Below, piece by piece: positions 1-8,950 of a stretch of 64,000 nt of DNA. The position numbers and the translations under genes are program-made. Each line of letters begins with the position of its first letter. Position 1 is the first letter of the stretch. The DNA comes from Candidatus Binatia bacterium (GTDB taxonomy: Bacteria; Desulfobacterota; Binatia; UBA9968; JAJDTQ01), in assembly GCA_963666515.2 (NCBI GenBank), contig OY762897.2, positions 2,464,001 to 2,528,000 of the forward strand, given 5' to 3'. The notes below the pieces were generated by a model. The model searched no databases and was not told where the DNA came from. It saw only the letters and a list, made by a program, of their open reading frames with translations.

Positions 1-660
1 GTTCCGGTGCAGCCGGTGGCGCACCGCCCCATGGGCGGCATCGAGACCAACGCCGCGGGGGAAACCTCGGTGGCCGGACTCTACGCCGTCGGCGAATGCG
101 CCCACAACGGACTCAACGGCGCCGGACGCCTTCCGGGCAACACCCTCACCGAGGCGGTGGTGTTCGGCAAGCGGGTGGGCGAAGCCGCGGCGGCCCACGC
201 CAAGGCGGCGGGGGCCGGGGACGCAGGCGGCAGCCGGGCCGCGCAGGACGGCGAGCGACTGGCGGAGATCACCTCCGGAGGCTCCTCCGGCGACACCATG
301 GGCGCCGTCCACCGGGAGTTGGGCGAGTTGATGAGCGCCAACCTGGGGGTGACGCGCACGGAGGCGGGGCTTGCCGAAGCCCAGAACGGAATCCGCGCGC
401 TGCAAGAGCGTCACGCAGCGCTCCGCGTCAACAACAAGGGCCGCGTCTTCAACTACGCGCTCACGGGCTATATCGAGTTGGGGAACCTGCTCAAGCTGGC
501 CGAGGCCACGGCCCTGGCCGCGCGGAGGCGCGCCGAGAGCCGCGGCGCCCATATCAGGAGCGATCACCCGGACAAGGACGACGCGAACTGGAAGGCGCAC
601 ACAGTGGTGCGCTCGGAGGACGGCTCGCCGAAGCTCGATACCCGGGCGGTATCGGCGTAA
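1..660 (+). CDS. SdhA/FrdA-family flavoprotein, C-terminal part (5'-truncated by the window edge), divergent
   Basis: Frame is open from base 1. HRPMGG, GLYAVGE, RLPGNTL-E-VVFG and R-ESRGAH-RSDHP match the SdhA/FrdA/NadB C-terminus; an SdhB-like gene follows. Confidence 0.85.
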   Translation, partial: VPVQPVAHRPMGGIETNAAGETSVAGLYAVGECAHNGLNGAGRLPGNTLTEAVVFGKRVGEAAAAHAKAAGAGDAGGSRAAQDGERLAEITSGGSSGDTMGAVHRELGELMSANLGVTRTEAGLAEAQNGIRALQERHAALRVNNKGRVFNYALTGYIELGNLLKLAEATALAARRRAESRGAHIRSDHPDKDDANWKAHTVVRSEDGSPKLDTRAVSA

Positions 661-728
661 GGACAGGCTGCCGCAACACGCCCTTCCGCGTGCGGACAGG
701 GGCGTGAGGCGCCGGCCGAGGAGGAACC

Positions 729-1685
729 ATGGAAGTCACCTACAAGGTTCATCGCCAGGACCCGGAGAACGGCGGCGAGTCGAGCTACTCCACTTACCAG
801 GTGGACCTGTCCGAGGACGCCACGGTCCTGGACGGACTCCAGAAGATCCGGGACGAGCAGGATGACAGCCTCGCGTTCCGGGCCTCCTGCTGCCAAGGCA
901 CCTGCGGCGAGTGCGCGGTGCGCATCAACTACAAGGCCCAGTTCACCTGCACCACCCGGATCGGCGACGTGACCAAGAAGGCTCCGGAGATCCTGCTGGC
1001 CCCGGTGCGCAACATCCCGGTGATCAAGGACCTCGTGTTCGACATGGACGCCTTCACCTGGGACAAGATGGCCGCCGTCAAGCCCTGGATGGAACCCGAC
1101 GACGAGTTCGCGCCCACCGAGAACCTGGTGCCCGAGAAGGACATGGCGGAAGTGCGCAAGACCATGAGCTGCTACCAGTGCGGTCTGTGCGACGAGGGCT
1201 GCGCGGTGCTGCCGGTGAACTTCGACTTCCTGGGACCCGGCGCCATGGTCAAGAGTTACCGCTTCGTCATGGACCCGCGGGAGAGCGGAGCCCGGATGGA
1301 GGCCCGCATGAAGGTGGTGGAACAGCCCCAGGGGCTGTGGGACTGCGTCCACTGCTACGAGGCCGACGGCAAGTGCCCGCGCAGGCTGACTCCCTCCACC
1401 AAGATCATGGAAATGCGCGACGTGTCCTTCAAGGAAGGCATCAAGCACGAGAAGGTCAGCCGGCACCACGCGAGCTTCATCAACTCGGTGAAGCAGACCG
1501 GCTGGCTGGACGAGCGCAAGCTGGCCATGGAGACCGAAGGGTTGACCAACGTGGGCGGACTGATGAAGCTTCTGCCCACCGCGGTGCGGGCGCTGCGGCG
1601 CGGGAAAATGCCGGGCCGTCACGAGAAACGCCCGGGGGCCGACCAGATCAAGCGCATTCTCGAGAAAGCGGAGGACTCCAAGTGA
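729..1685 (+). CDS. sdhB: Succinate dehydrogenase/fumarate reductase iron-sulfur subunit with type-E-like C-terminal extension
   Basis: GAGGA RBS. [2Fe-2S] motif SCCQGTCGEC...C, CYQCGLCDEGC, LWDCVHCYEADGKCP, and IKDLVFD. Confidence 0.9.
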   Translation: MEVTYKVHRQDPENGGESSYSTYQVDLSEDATVLDGLQKIRDEQDDSLAFRASCCQGTCGECAVRINYKAQFTCTTRIGDVTKKAPEILLAPVRNIPVIKDLVFDMDAFTWDKMAAVKPWMEPDDEFAPTENLVPEKDMAEVRKTMSCYQCGLCDEGCAVLPVNFDFLGPGAMVKSYRFVMDPRESGARMEARMKVVEQPQGLWDCVHCYEADGKCPRRLTPSTKIMEMRDVSFKEGIKHEKVSRHHASFINSVKQTGWLDERKLAMETEGLTNVGGLMKLLPTAVRALRRGKMPGRHEKRPGADQIKRILEKAEDSK

Positions 1686-2560
1686 AATACGCGTTCTATC
1701 CCGGATGTGTGGCCAAGGGCGGCTGTCCCGAGCTCTACTCCGCCGCCGTCAAGGTGGCCGAGAAGCTCGACATCGAGCTGGAGGAGATGACCGACGTGTC
1801 GTGCACCGGCGCCGGCTGCATGCCGACTCAGCTCTCGGACCCCATCAACGCGCGGACGTTCGCCAAGGCGGAGCAGATGGGACTGCCCATCATGACCATC
1901 TGTAGCACCTGCCAGGGCGTCTTCAGCCAGGCCAACCACCGGCTGCAGGACCCCGAGTACCGGGAAGAGATCAACCGCGAGTACCTTGCCGAGGAAGGGC
2001 TCTCGTACCAGGGCACCACCGAGGTGACGCACATGCTGTGGGTGCTGTTCGAGGACTACGGCATCGAGAAGCTCCAGTCGCTGATCGAGCGTCCCCTGAA
2101 CGGCCTCAAGGTTTCGCCCTTCTACGGCTGCTTCATTCGCCGGCCCGGGAACATCATGGTGCCCACCAAGGAGGTGGGCGGCCGACGGACCTACCTGGAG
2201 GACCTCACCCGCATCCTGGGGGCGGAGAACGTCGACATCAGCGGCAAGACCAAGTGCTGCGGCTTCCCGATCCTCACCGCCAACGAGGAGGCCTCGCTGG
2301 GCATGGTGTCCAAGCACGCCGGCGAGTCAAAGGGCAACGGCGCCGACTGCATGGTGACCCCCTGTCCGCTGTGTCATCTGAACCTCGACGGCAACCAGCC
2401 GAGAGCCGAAGGCCAGAAGGGCGAGAAGATCGACTTGCCCATCATCCATCTGCCGCAGCTCGTGGGGCTGGCGCTGGGGTTCGACCCCGACGAAATGCAG
2501 CTCGGCCGGCACATCGTGTCCACCAAGGCCGTCAACGACAAGATCGACATGCTCACTTAG
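1682..2560 (+). CDS. HdrB/SdhE-type CCG-domain subunit (type E SDH anchor / heterodisulfide reductase B family)
   Basis: GTG start overlaps the sdhB stop (GTGA). MKYAFYPGC, SCTG, CSTC, FYGC, KCCG and TPCPLCHLNLD are HdrB/CCG hallmarks. Confidence 0.88.
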   Translation: MKYAFYPGCVAKGGCPELYSAAVKVAEKLDIELEEMTDVSCTGAGCMPTQLSDPINARTFAKAEQMGLPIMTICSTCQGVFSQANHRLQDPEYREEINREYLAEEGLSYQGTTEVTHMLWVLFEDYGIEKLQSLIERPLNGLKVSPFYGCFIRRPGNIMVPTKEVGGRRTYLEDLTRILGAENVDISGKTKCCGFPILTANEEASLGMVSKHAGESKGNGADCMVTPCPLCHLNLDGNQPRAEGQKGEKIDLPIIHLPQLVGLALGFDPDEMQLGRHIVSTKAVNDKIDMLT

Positions 2561-2563
2561 AGG

Positions 2564-2782
2564 ATGGGCAAGGACGAGCACAAGCCCAATCCCGTCAACC
2601 TGGCGCGGGAACTCTTCAAGTTCCGCAAGGCGCAGCGTCCCTTCGGCTTCTACTACGCCGTCAAGGTCCGCCTCGGCCACGCGTGGGTCGAGGACGAGAC
2701 GGCCTTGGCGGAGATCCTGTCCGGCATCGACGAACTGGGCTACGAGGTGGTGAAGAAAGGAGCGAAGAACACCGAATCATGA
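2564..2782 (+). CDS. Hypothetical 72-aa protein
   Basis: Starts 3 nt after the previous stop and has an ATGA overlap with the next gene; codon usage is host-like. Confidence 0.7.
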   Translation: MGKDEHKPNPVNLARELFKFRKAQRPFGFYYAVKVRLGHAWVEDETALAEILSGIDELGYEVVKKGAKNTES

Positions 2783-3537
2783 ACAGCATAGCTATCGACA
2801 ACAAGAGAACCCTGCGGCAGGACACGTGGTGGCTGGAACCCATGCTGGTGGTGCTGGGCCTGGGCGCGTTTGCGGTCTATTCGACCTGGGCCGCGCTCCA
2901 GAACGGCAACTACTACGCGGCGCCGTACCTGTCGCCCTTCTATTCGCCGTGCCTCGCCATCAGTTGCGAGCACGTGAGCGTGCCGCTGTTCGGCTCGTGG
3001 TACAACTGGTCGCCGGCCATCCTGATCCTGTGGATCCCGGGCGGTTTCCGCCTCACCTGCTACTACTACCGCAAGGCCTACTATCGCTCCTTCTTCTGGT
3101 CGCCGCCAGCGTGCGCGGTGCGGGACGCGGCCAGCAGCTACTCGGGCGAGACCCGCTTCCCGTTCATCCTGCAGAACGTCCACCGCTACTTCTTCTGGGC
3201 GTCGCTGCCGATCCTGGCGTTCCTGTGGTGGGACGCCATCATCGCGTTCAACTTCGGCGGCAGCTTCGGCATCGGCCTGGGAACGCTGGTGCTGATCGCC
3301 AACGCCGCCCTGCTGTCGCTCTACAGCTTCTCCTGCCACTCGTGCCGGCACCTGTGCGGGGGCGGCCTCAACAGCTTCAAGCTGGCGCCCGGACGCTACA
3401 AGATCTGGGGCTGGGTAACCAAGCTCAACGAGAAGCACATGCAGATCGCCTGGACGAGCCTCGTGTGGGTGGGCCTCACCGACGTCTACGTGCGGCTGCT
3501 GGCCCACGGCGTCATCCAGGATCTGAGGATCATCTGA
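2779..3537 (+). CDS. Membrane anchor of mycobacterial Sdh1-like (type F) succinate dehydrogenase (Rv0249c-like)
   Basis: RTLRQDTWW, PFYSPC, GFRLTCYYYRKAYYRSF, GETRFP..QN.HRYF, SCHSCRH and LN..HMQ.AW match Rv0249c-type anchors as recalled; several TM helices. Confidence 0.88.
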   Translation: MNSIAIDNKRTLRQDTWWLEPMLVVLGLGAFAVYSTWAALQNGNYYAAPYLSPFYSPCLAISCEHVSVPLFGSWYNWSPAILILWIPGGFRLTCYYYRKAYYRSFFWSPPACAVRDAASSYSGETRFPFILQNVHRYFFWASLPILAFLWWDAIIAFNFGGSFGIGLGTLVLIANAALLSLYSFSCHSCRHLCGGGLNSFKLAPGRYKIWGWVTKLNEKHMQIAWTSLVWVGLTDVYVRLLAHGVIQDLRII

Positions 3538-5339
3538 TGGCCGGCGAGAGCTACGAGACTCACGACTACGACGTGGTGGTGGTGGGCGCCGGCGGCGCCG
3601 GGCTGCGGGCCGGCATCGAGGCCCACGACAAGGGCTGCAAGACCGCCATCATCTGCAAGTCGCTGCTGGGCAAGGCCCACACGGTCATGGCCGAGGGCGG
3701 TATCGCCGCGGCCATGGGCAACGTCTGGCCGGAGGACAACTGGAAGGTCCACTTCCGCGACACCATGCGCGGCGGCAAGCTGCTGAACAACTGGCGCATG
3801 GCGCAGATCCACGCCCAGCAGGCGCCGGACCGGGTGCTGGAGCTGGAGGAATGGGGCGCGCTGTTCGACCGCACCGACGAGGGGCTGATCCTGCAGCGCG
3901 ACTTCGGCGGCCACCGCTACGCGCGGCTGGCCCACGTGGGCGACCGCACCGGCCTGGAGATGATACGGACGCTCCAGCAGCGGGCGGTGGCGCTGGGCAT
4001 CGACGTCTTCATGGAGTGCAACATCCAGCACCTGCTGATGAACGACGGCCGGGTGAGCGGGGCGGTGGGCTACTGGCGCGAGAGCGGCGAGCTGATCGTG
4101 TTCAACTGCAAGGCCGTGGTGCTGGCCACCGGCGGCTCCGGCAAGTGCTGGCAGGTGACATCGAACTCCTGGGAATACAGCGGCGACGGCATGGGCATGG
4201 CCATGGAGGTGGGGGCCGACCTCATCGACATGGAGAAGGTGCAGTTCCACCCCACCGGGATGGTGTGGCCCCCCAGCGTGCGCGGCATCCTGGTGACCGA
4301 GGGCGTGCGCGGCGACGGCGGCACCCTGCTGAATTCCGAGGGCGAACGCTTCATGTTCAACTACATCCCGGAGTTCTTCAAGGCCGAGACCGCGGACAAC
4401 GAGACCGAGGCCGACGCCTGGTACCAGGACAAGAAGAACAACCGCCGCACCCCGGACCTGCTGCCCCGGGACGAGGTGGCCCGGGCCATCAACGCCGAGG
4501 TCAAGGCCGGACGGGGCACCGAGCACGGCGGCGTCTACCTGGACATCGCCAACCGCCGCGACTCGGAGTACATCATGCGGCGGCTGCCGTCCATGTACCA
4601 CCAGTTCAAGGAGCTGGCGGACGTGGACATCACCAAGGAAGCCATGGAGGTGGGTCCCACCTGCCACTACATCATGGGCGGCGTCCGGGTGGACGCGGAC
4701 ACCTCCGCCACCGCGGTGCCGGGCCTCTACGCCGCGGGCGAGGTGGCCGGCGGGCTGCACGGCGCCAACCGGCTCGGCGGCAACTCCCTGTCCGACCTGC
4801 TGGTGTTCGGGCGCATCGCCGGTGAATCGGCCGCGGACTACGCCCTGGGCGCGGAGGCGGCGGCAAAGGCCGATCCGGCCGAGGTGGACCGAGTCACGAC
4901 GCTGATGCTGGAGCCCTTCACGGACCGGGGCGACGAGAACCCCTACGCCATCCACATGGACCTCCAGCGCACCATGCACAACCTGGTCGGCATCATCCGC
5001 ACCGAGAGCGAGATGCTGAAGGCGATGGAGGAGGTCGCGGCCTACAAGGACCGGGCCGAGCGGGTGAAGGTCGAAGGCGGCCGGCGCTTCAACCCCGGCT
5101 GGCACCTGGCGCTGGACCTGCGGAACCTGCTGGCGGTGGCCGAGGCCGCCACTCTGTCGGCCCTGGAGTGCAAGGAAAGCCGCGGCGGCCACACCCGGGA
5201 CGACTACCCGGACCCCGACCCCAAGTACGGCAGCGTCAACGTGGTCACCCGCAAGCAGAACGGAACCATCTCGGTCTCCCTCGAGCCCCTGCCCGAGATG
5301 CCCGAGGAGCTCAGGAAGATCGTCGAGGAGCAAGTTTGA
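3537..5339 (+). CDS. sdhA: Succinate dehydrogenase flavoprotein subunit (Sdh1/Rv0248c-like)
   Basis: GAGGAG FAD motif, AHTVMAEGG (covalent-FAD His), QFHPTG, TEGVRG, PRDEVAR, HYIMGG, HGANRLGGNSL; TGATG overlap with the anchor gene. Confidence 0.93.
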   Translation: MAGESYETHDYDVVVVGAGGAGLRAGIEAHDKGCKTAIICKSLLGKAHTVMAEGGIAAAMGNVWPEDNWKVHFRDTMRGGKLLNNWRMAQIHAQQAPDRVLELEEWGALFDRTDEGLILQRDFGGHRYARLAHVGDRTGLEMIRTLQQRAVALGIDVFMECNIQHLLMNDGRVSGAVGYWRESGELIVFNCKAVVLATGGSGKCWQVTSNSWEYSGDGMGMAMEVGADLIDMEKVQFHPTGMVWPPSVRGILVTEGVRGDGGTLLNSEGERFMFNYIPEFFKAETADNETEADAWYQDKKNNRRTPDLLPRDEVARAINAEVKAGRGTEHGGVYLDIANRRDSEYIMRRLPSMYHQFKELADVDITKEAMEVGPTCHYIMGGVRVDADTSATAVPGLYAAGEVAGGLHGANRLGGNSLSDLLVFGRIAGESAADYALGAEAAAKADPAEVDRVTTLMLEPFTDRGDENPYAIHMDLQRTMHNLVGIIRTESEMLKAMEEVAAYKDRAERVKVEGGRRFNPGWHLALDLRNLLAVAEAATLSALECKESRGGHTRDDYPDPDPKYGSVNVVTRKQNGTISVSLEPLPEMPEELRKIVEEQV

Positions 5340-6115
5340 TGTCTGAAGCAGCGGTCGCAGGAAACGGTGGCGAAGCGAAAATGCGGGTCTGGCGCGGCGA
5401 CGCCGGCGGCGGAGAGTTCAGGGACTACACCGTGCCGCTCCAGGAGGGCATGGTGGTGCTGGACGTGATCCACGCGATCCAGGCCATGCACGCGGGCGAC
5501 CTCGCCGTGCGCTGGAACTGCAAGGCCGGGAAGTGCGGATCGTGCAGCGCCGAGGTCAACGGCAAGCCGCGGCTCATGTGCATGACGCGCATGAACACGT
5601 TCGAGCCCGGCGAGACCATCACCGTGGCCCCCATCAAGACCTTCCCGCTGATCCGCGACCTCGTCACCGACGTCTCCTACAACTACGAGAAGGCCAAGAC
5701 CGTCCCGCCCTTCAAGCCCAGGCCCAAGGAGGCCGACGGCACCCGGCGCATGTACCAGGAAGACATCGACCGGGTGCAGGAATTCCACAAGTGCATCGAG
5801 TGCTTCCTGTGCCAGAACGTCTGCCACGTGATCCGCGACCACGACGACAACAAGCCCGGCTTTGCCGGACCGCGCTTGTTCGTGCGGGTAGCGAGCCTGG
5901 AGATGCACCCGCTGGACACCGACGACCGGCTGGAGTTCCTGCGCAACGAGGCCGGGCTGGGCTTCTGCAACATCACCAAGTGCTGCACCGAGGTCTGCCC
6001 GGAGCACATCAAGATCACCGACAACTCCATCATCCCCCTGAAGGAACGCGTGGTGACGCGCTTCTACGACCCCATCGCGCGGCTGCTGGGGGCGCTGGGC
6101 GGGAAGAAGTCCTGA
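5339..6115 (+). CDS. sdhB: Succinate dehydrogenase iron-sulfur subunit (Sdh1/Rv0247c-like)
   Basis: RWNCKAGKCGSC, CIECFLCQNVC, CNITKCCTEVCP; TGATG overlap. Confidence 0.92.
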   Translation: MSEAAVAGNGGEAKMRVWRGDAGGGEFRDYTVPLQEGMVVLDVIHAIQAMHAGDLAVRWNCKAGKCGSCSAEVNGKPRLMCMTRMNTFEPGETITVAPIKTFPLIRDLVTDVSYNYEKAKTVPPFKPRPKEADGTRRMYQEDIDRVQEFHKCIECFLCQNVCHVIRDHDDNKPGFAGPRLFVRVASLEMHPLDTDDRLEFLRNEAGLGFCNITKCCTEVCPEHIKITDNSIIPLKERVVTRFYDPIARLLGALGGKKS

Positions 6116-6133
6116 CGCGTTGACAAGGCGTGA

Positions 6134-6246
6134 CGAACCCGTCATTCCGGCGAAAGCCGGAATCCAGAGGCCGGGTTGGATCGGGCAAGGCGGACCCCTC
6201 GACCCCGCCACCCCTGGATTCCGGCTTTCGCCGGAATGACGGTTCG
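6134..6246. repeat. CGTC-type REP-like palindromic element (inverted pair)
   Basis: GTCATTCCGGCGAAAGCCGGAATCCAG at 6141-6167 and its perfect reverse complement at 6214-6240. Confidence 0.85.
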
Positions 6247-6301
6247 GGCATTTGCGGACTATTTGTGAGACACCACACCAAGTCACCGATGGTCCCATGA
6301 A

Positions 6302-7078
6302 ATGGAGTTGTCAGAACGAATAGCGCTGATCACCGGCGGCGGCACAGGCATCGGCAAGGCCGTGGCGCGAGCCATGGCGCAGGAAGGGGCGCGGGTGGCG
6401 ATCGCTGCACGTGACCTGCGGAGGCTGGAAGCGGTGGCAGAGGAGTTGCGGGCGGAAGGCCACTCCGTGTTGCCGGTGGCGGTGGACGTAACGGACAAAG
6501 TCGCGATTCGCGATTGCGTGAACACGGTCCGAGACAACTGGGGCCGGCTCCACATCCTGGTGAACAACGCCGGGGCCTCCGGGATGACTCCCATGGATGA
6601 CGCGGACGACGGTCTGTGGCATACCATCGTCGATACGAACCTGACCGGCGTCTACCTGCTGACCAAGGAAGTGCTGGGCATCATGAGCGGCGACGGCGAC
6701 GGCCGCATCATCAACATGTCCTCGGTGCTCGGCAAGTTCGGCGTTCCCGGCTACGCGGCCTACTGCGCCAGCAAGCATGGCCTCATCGGCTTCACCCGAG
6801 CCCTGGCGTTGGAGCTGGTATCCCGCGGCATCACGGTCAACGCCCTGTGCCCCGGATGGGTGGACACGGAGATGTCCCGCGCCGGCATCGAGCAGATCGC
6901 CGCGCAACAGGGAACGGACCCCGAGTCCTTCAAGCAGCAGGCGCTGGCCGCGGTGCCGATAGGGCGGTTCCTGGACCCGGAGGAGATCGCCCGGTTCGCG
7001 GTGTACCTGGCGTCGGACAAGGCGTCCGGCATCACCGGACAGGCTCTCAACATCTGCGGCGGGCAGACCATGGTGTAA
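6302..7078 (+). CDS. Short-chain dehydrogenase/reductase (SDR)
   Basis: TGGGTGIG, NNAG, SS...YCASK, CPGWVDT. Confidence 0.92.
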   Translation: MELSERIALITGGGTGIGKAVARAMAQEGARVAIAARDLRRLEAVAEELRAEGHSVLPVAVDVTDKVAIRDCVNTVRDNWGRLHILVNNAGASGMTPMDDADDGLWHTIVDTNLTGVYLLTKEVLGIMSGDGDGRIINMSSVLGKFGVPGYAAYCASKHGLIGFTRALALELVSRGITVNALCPGWVDTEMSRAGIEQIAAQQGTDPESFKQQALAAVPIGRFLDPEEIARFAVYLASDKASGITGQALNICGGQTMV

Positions 7079-7081
7079 CCG

Positions 7082-7912
7082 ATGACGATCCCGGAACTAG
7101 AGGCCATAGCCAAGGAAATCAGGGTCGACGTGATCCGCATGCTGGTGGAGGCGGGCTCCGGCCACCCAGGCGGCTCGCTGTCCTGCACGGACATCGTGAC
7201 GGCGCTGTACTTCCACCAGATGCGCCACCGCCCGGACCAACCCGACTGGCCGGACCGGGACCGCTTCGTTCTCTCCAAGGGCCACTGCGTCCCCGCGGTC
7301 TACGCCGCCCTGGCACGGGCCGGCTACCTGGAGCGGGAGGAGACGCTGAGCCTGCGCAAGCTCAACAGCCGCATGCAGGGACATCCGGACCGGCACCGCT
7401 TCCCCTACGTCGAGGCATCCACCGGCTCCCTCGGACAGGGCCTGTCGGTGGCCGTGGGGATGGCGCTGGCGGGCAAGGCCGGCGGTAAGGACTACCGCAC
7501 CTACTGTGTCATCAGTGACGGCGAGTGCCAGGCCGGGCAGATCTGGGAGGCAGCCATGTCCGCACCCCGTTTCAAGCTCGACAACCTCTGCGTGCTCATG
7601 GACTACAACCACATCCAGTTGAGCGGCGTGACCGACGAGATCATGAGCCTGGAGCCGCTGCTGGACAAGTGGCGCGCCTTCAACTGGAACACGCTGGAGA
7701 TCGACGGCCACAGCTTCCCGGCCATCCTCGACGCCCTGAAGGCCGCCGAACAACACCGCGACGGCCCCACCATGATCGTGTGCCAGACCGTCAAGGGCAA
7801 AGGAGTCAGCTTCATGGAGAACCGCTGGGAGTGGCACGGCAAGGCCCCCAGCCGCGAGGAAGGCGACCGCGCCATCGAAGAGATCGTCAACGGAGCGCCC
7901 CCGGCCTCCTAG
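7082..7912 (+). CDS. Transketolase, N-terminal subunit (split type)
   Basis: GHPGGSLS, RDRFVLSKGH, QGHP, STGSLGQG, TPP motif SDGE, KGKG..WHGK. Confidence 0.92.
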   Translation: MTIPELEAIAKEIRVDVIRMLVEAGSGHPGGSLSCTDIVTALYFHQMRHRPDQPDWPDRDRFVLSKGHCVPAVYAALARAGYLEREETLSLRKLNSRMQGHPDRHRFPYVEASTGSLGQGLSVAVGMALAGKAGGKDYRTYCVISDGECQAGQIWEAAMSAPRFKLDNLCVLMDYNHIQLSGVTDEIMSLEPLLDKWRAFNWNTLEIDGHSFPAILDALKAAEQHRDGPTMIVCQTVKGKGVSFMENRWEWHGKAPSREEGDRAIEEIVNGAPPAS

Positions 7913-7922
7913 GGAAGAGCAC

Positions 7923-8846
7923 ATGAGCGCAACCGCAACACGCGTGACCTTCGGCGAGACCGTGACCCGGCTGGCCGACGACAATCCGGATATCGTCGTC
8001 CTCGACGCCGACCTCCGGAAGTCCACCATGACCGACGAGTTCTCAAAGAAGCACCCTGAGCGCTTCTTCGACGTCGGCATCGCCGAAGGCAACATGGTGG
8101 GCGTCGGCGCCGGCATGGCCTTGGCCGGCAAAATCCCCTTCATCTGCAGCTTCGCCTGCTTTGTGGTGGGCCGCTTCGAGCAGATACGCATGGCCGTGGC
8201 CTACAACCGCGCCAACGTCAAGATCGTCGGCACCCACGCCGGCATCGGCATCGGCGAGGACGGCTACAGCCAGATGGCCACCGAAGACGTGGGCCTCATG
8301 CGCACCCTGCCCAACATGGCCGTGGTGCAGCCCGCCGACGCCATCGAGACCCGTGGCGCAGTGGAATACATCGCGCAGCACGACGGCCCCGTGTTCCTGC
8401 GCCTCACCCGGCAAAAGGTCGCCGACGTCAACGGCGAGGGCTACGAGTTCCGCTTCGGCAAGGCCGTAGTGCTGCGGGAGGGCACGGACGTGTCGCTGGT
8501 GGGGACCGGCGCCGTCATGGAGAACGTCCTCAAGGCCGCCGACTTGCTGGCCAAACGAGGCATCAGCGCCCAGGTAGTGAACGTCCACACCATCAAGCCC
8601 ATCGACACCGAGTTCATCGAGTCCGTGGCCTCAAGCCACGGCAGGATCGTCACCGTGGAAGACCACGGCATCTCCGGCGGCCTCGGCAGCGCGGTGGCCG
8701 AAGCCGTGGCCGAACTGGGTCGCGGCCGCGTCCGGCGCGTCGGCGTCACCGAGTTCGCGGAGTCCGGGGACACCGAGGGACTGTACGGGAAGTACGGACT
8801 GTCCGCCGAGCACATCAGCACGGCGGCAACGGAATTGCTGGAGTAG
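7923..8846 (+). CDS. Transketolase, C-terminal subunit (split type)
   Basis: DADL, GIAE.NM, GEDG.S, IKPID, EDH...GGLG. Confidence 0.92.
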   Translation: MSATATRVTFGETVTRLADDNPDIVVLDADLRKSTMTDEFSKKHPERFFDVGIAEGNMVGVGAGMALAGKIPFICSFACFVVGRFEQIRMAVAYNRANVKIVGTHAGIGIGEDGYSQMATEDVGLMRTLPNMAVVQPADAIETRGAVEYIAQHDGPVFLRLTRQKVADVNGEGYEFRFGKAVVLREGTDVSLVGTGAVMENVLKAADLLAKRGISAQVVNVHTIKPIDTEFIESVASSHGRIVTVEDHGISGGLGSAVAEAVAELGRGRVRRVGVTEFAESGDTEGLYGKYGLSAEHISTAATELLE

Positions 8847-8907
8847 CGTTCTGGCGACGTCCAGCAAAACCCCAAGGAACAGCGGCTCGTTGTAGACGGT
8901 CTGCGGA

Positions 8908-8916
8908 TGGTATAAT
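8908..8916 (+). promoter_or_regulatory. Extended -10 promoter (TGn-TATAAT) of the Fic module
   Basis: TGGTATAAT at 8908-8916, AAGGAGG at 8938-8944, ATG at 8951. Confidence 0.6.
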
Positions 8917-8950
8917 TCCAGTGCCAACGGGACTGCTAAGGAGGGGAACG

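Noticed and set aside
677-706. Hairpin CACGCCC...GGGCGTG between sdhA' and sdhB as a terminator
   Set aside because: No U-tract and it lies within an operon; at most a stability element.
911-1681. 5' extension of the 549-aa ORF (similar extensions on 2038.., 2826.., 5168.., 18003..19676 and 31606..)
   Set aside because: These overlap real upstream genes in another frame; the recognisable proteins begin at internal starts with stop/start overlaps or an RBS.
3486-5333. Long antisense ORFs (also 11612..13459, 17976..19772, 26862..28256, 50027..52018, 57079..59259)
   Set aside because: Shadow frames opposite well-supported genes, expected in high-GC DNA; no motifs.
6134-6246. Palindromic repeats as a CRISPR array
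   Set aside because: The copies are inverted or dispersed, not direct repeats with regular spacers; no cas genes.
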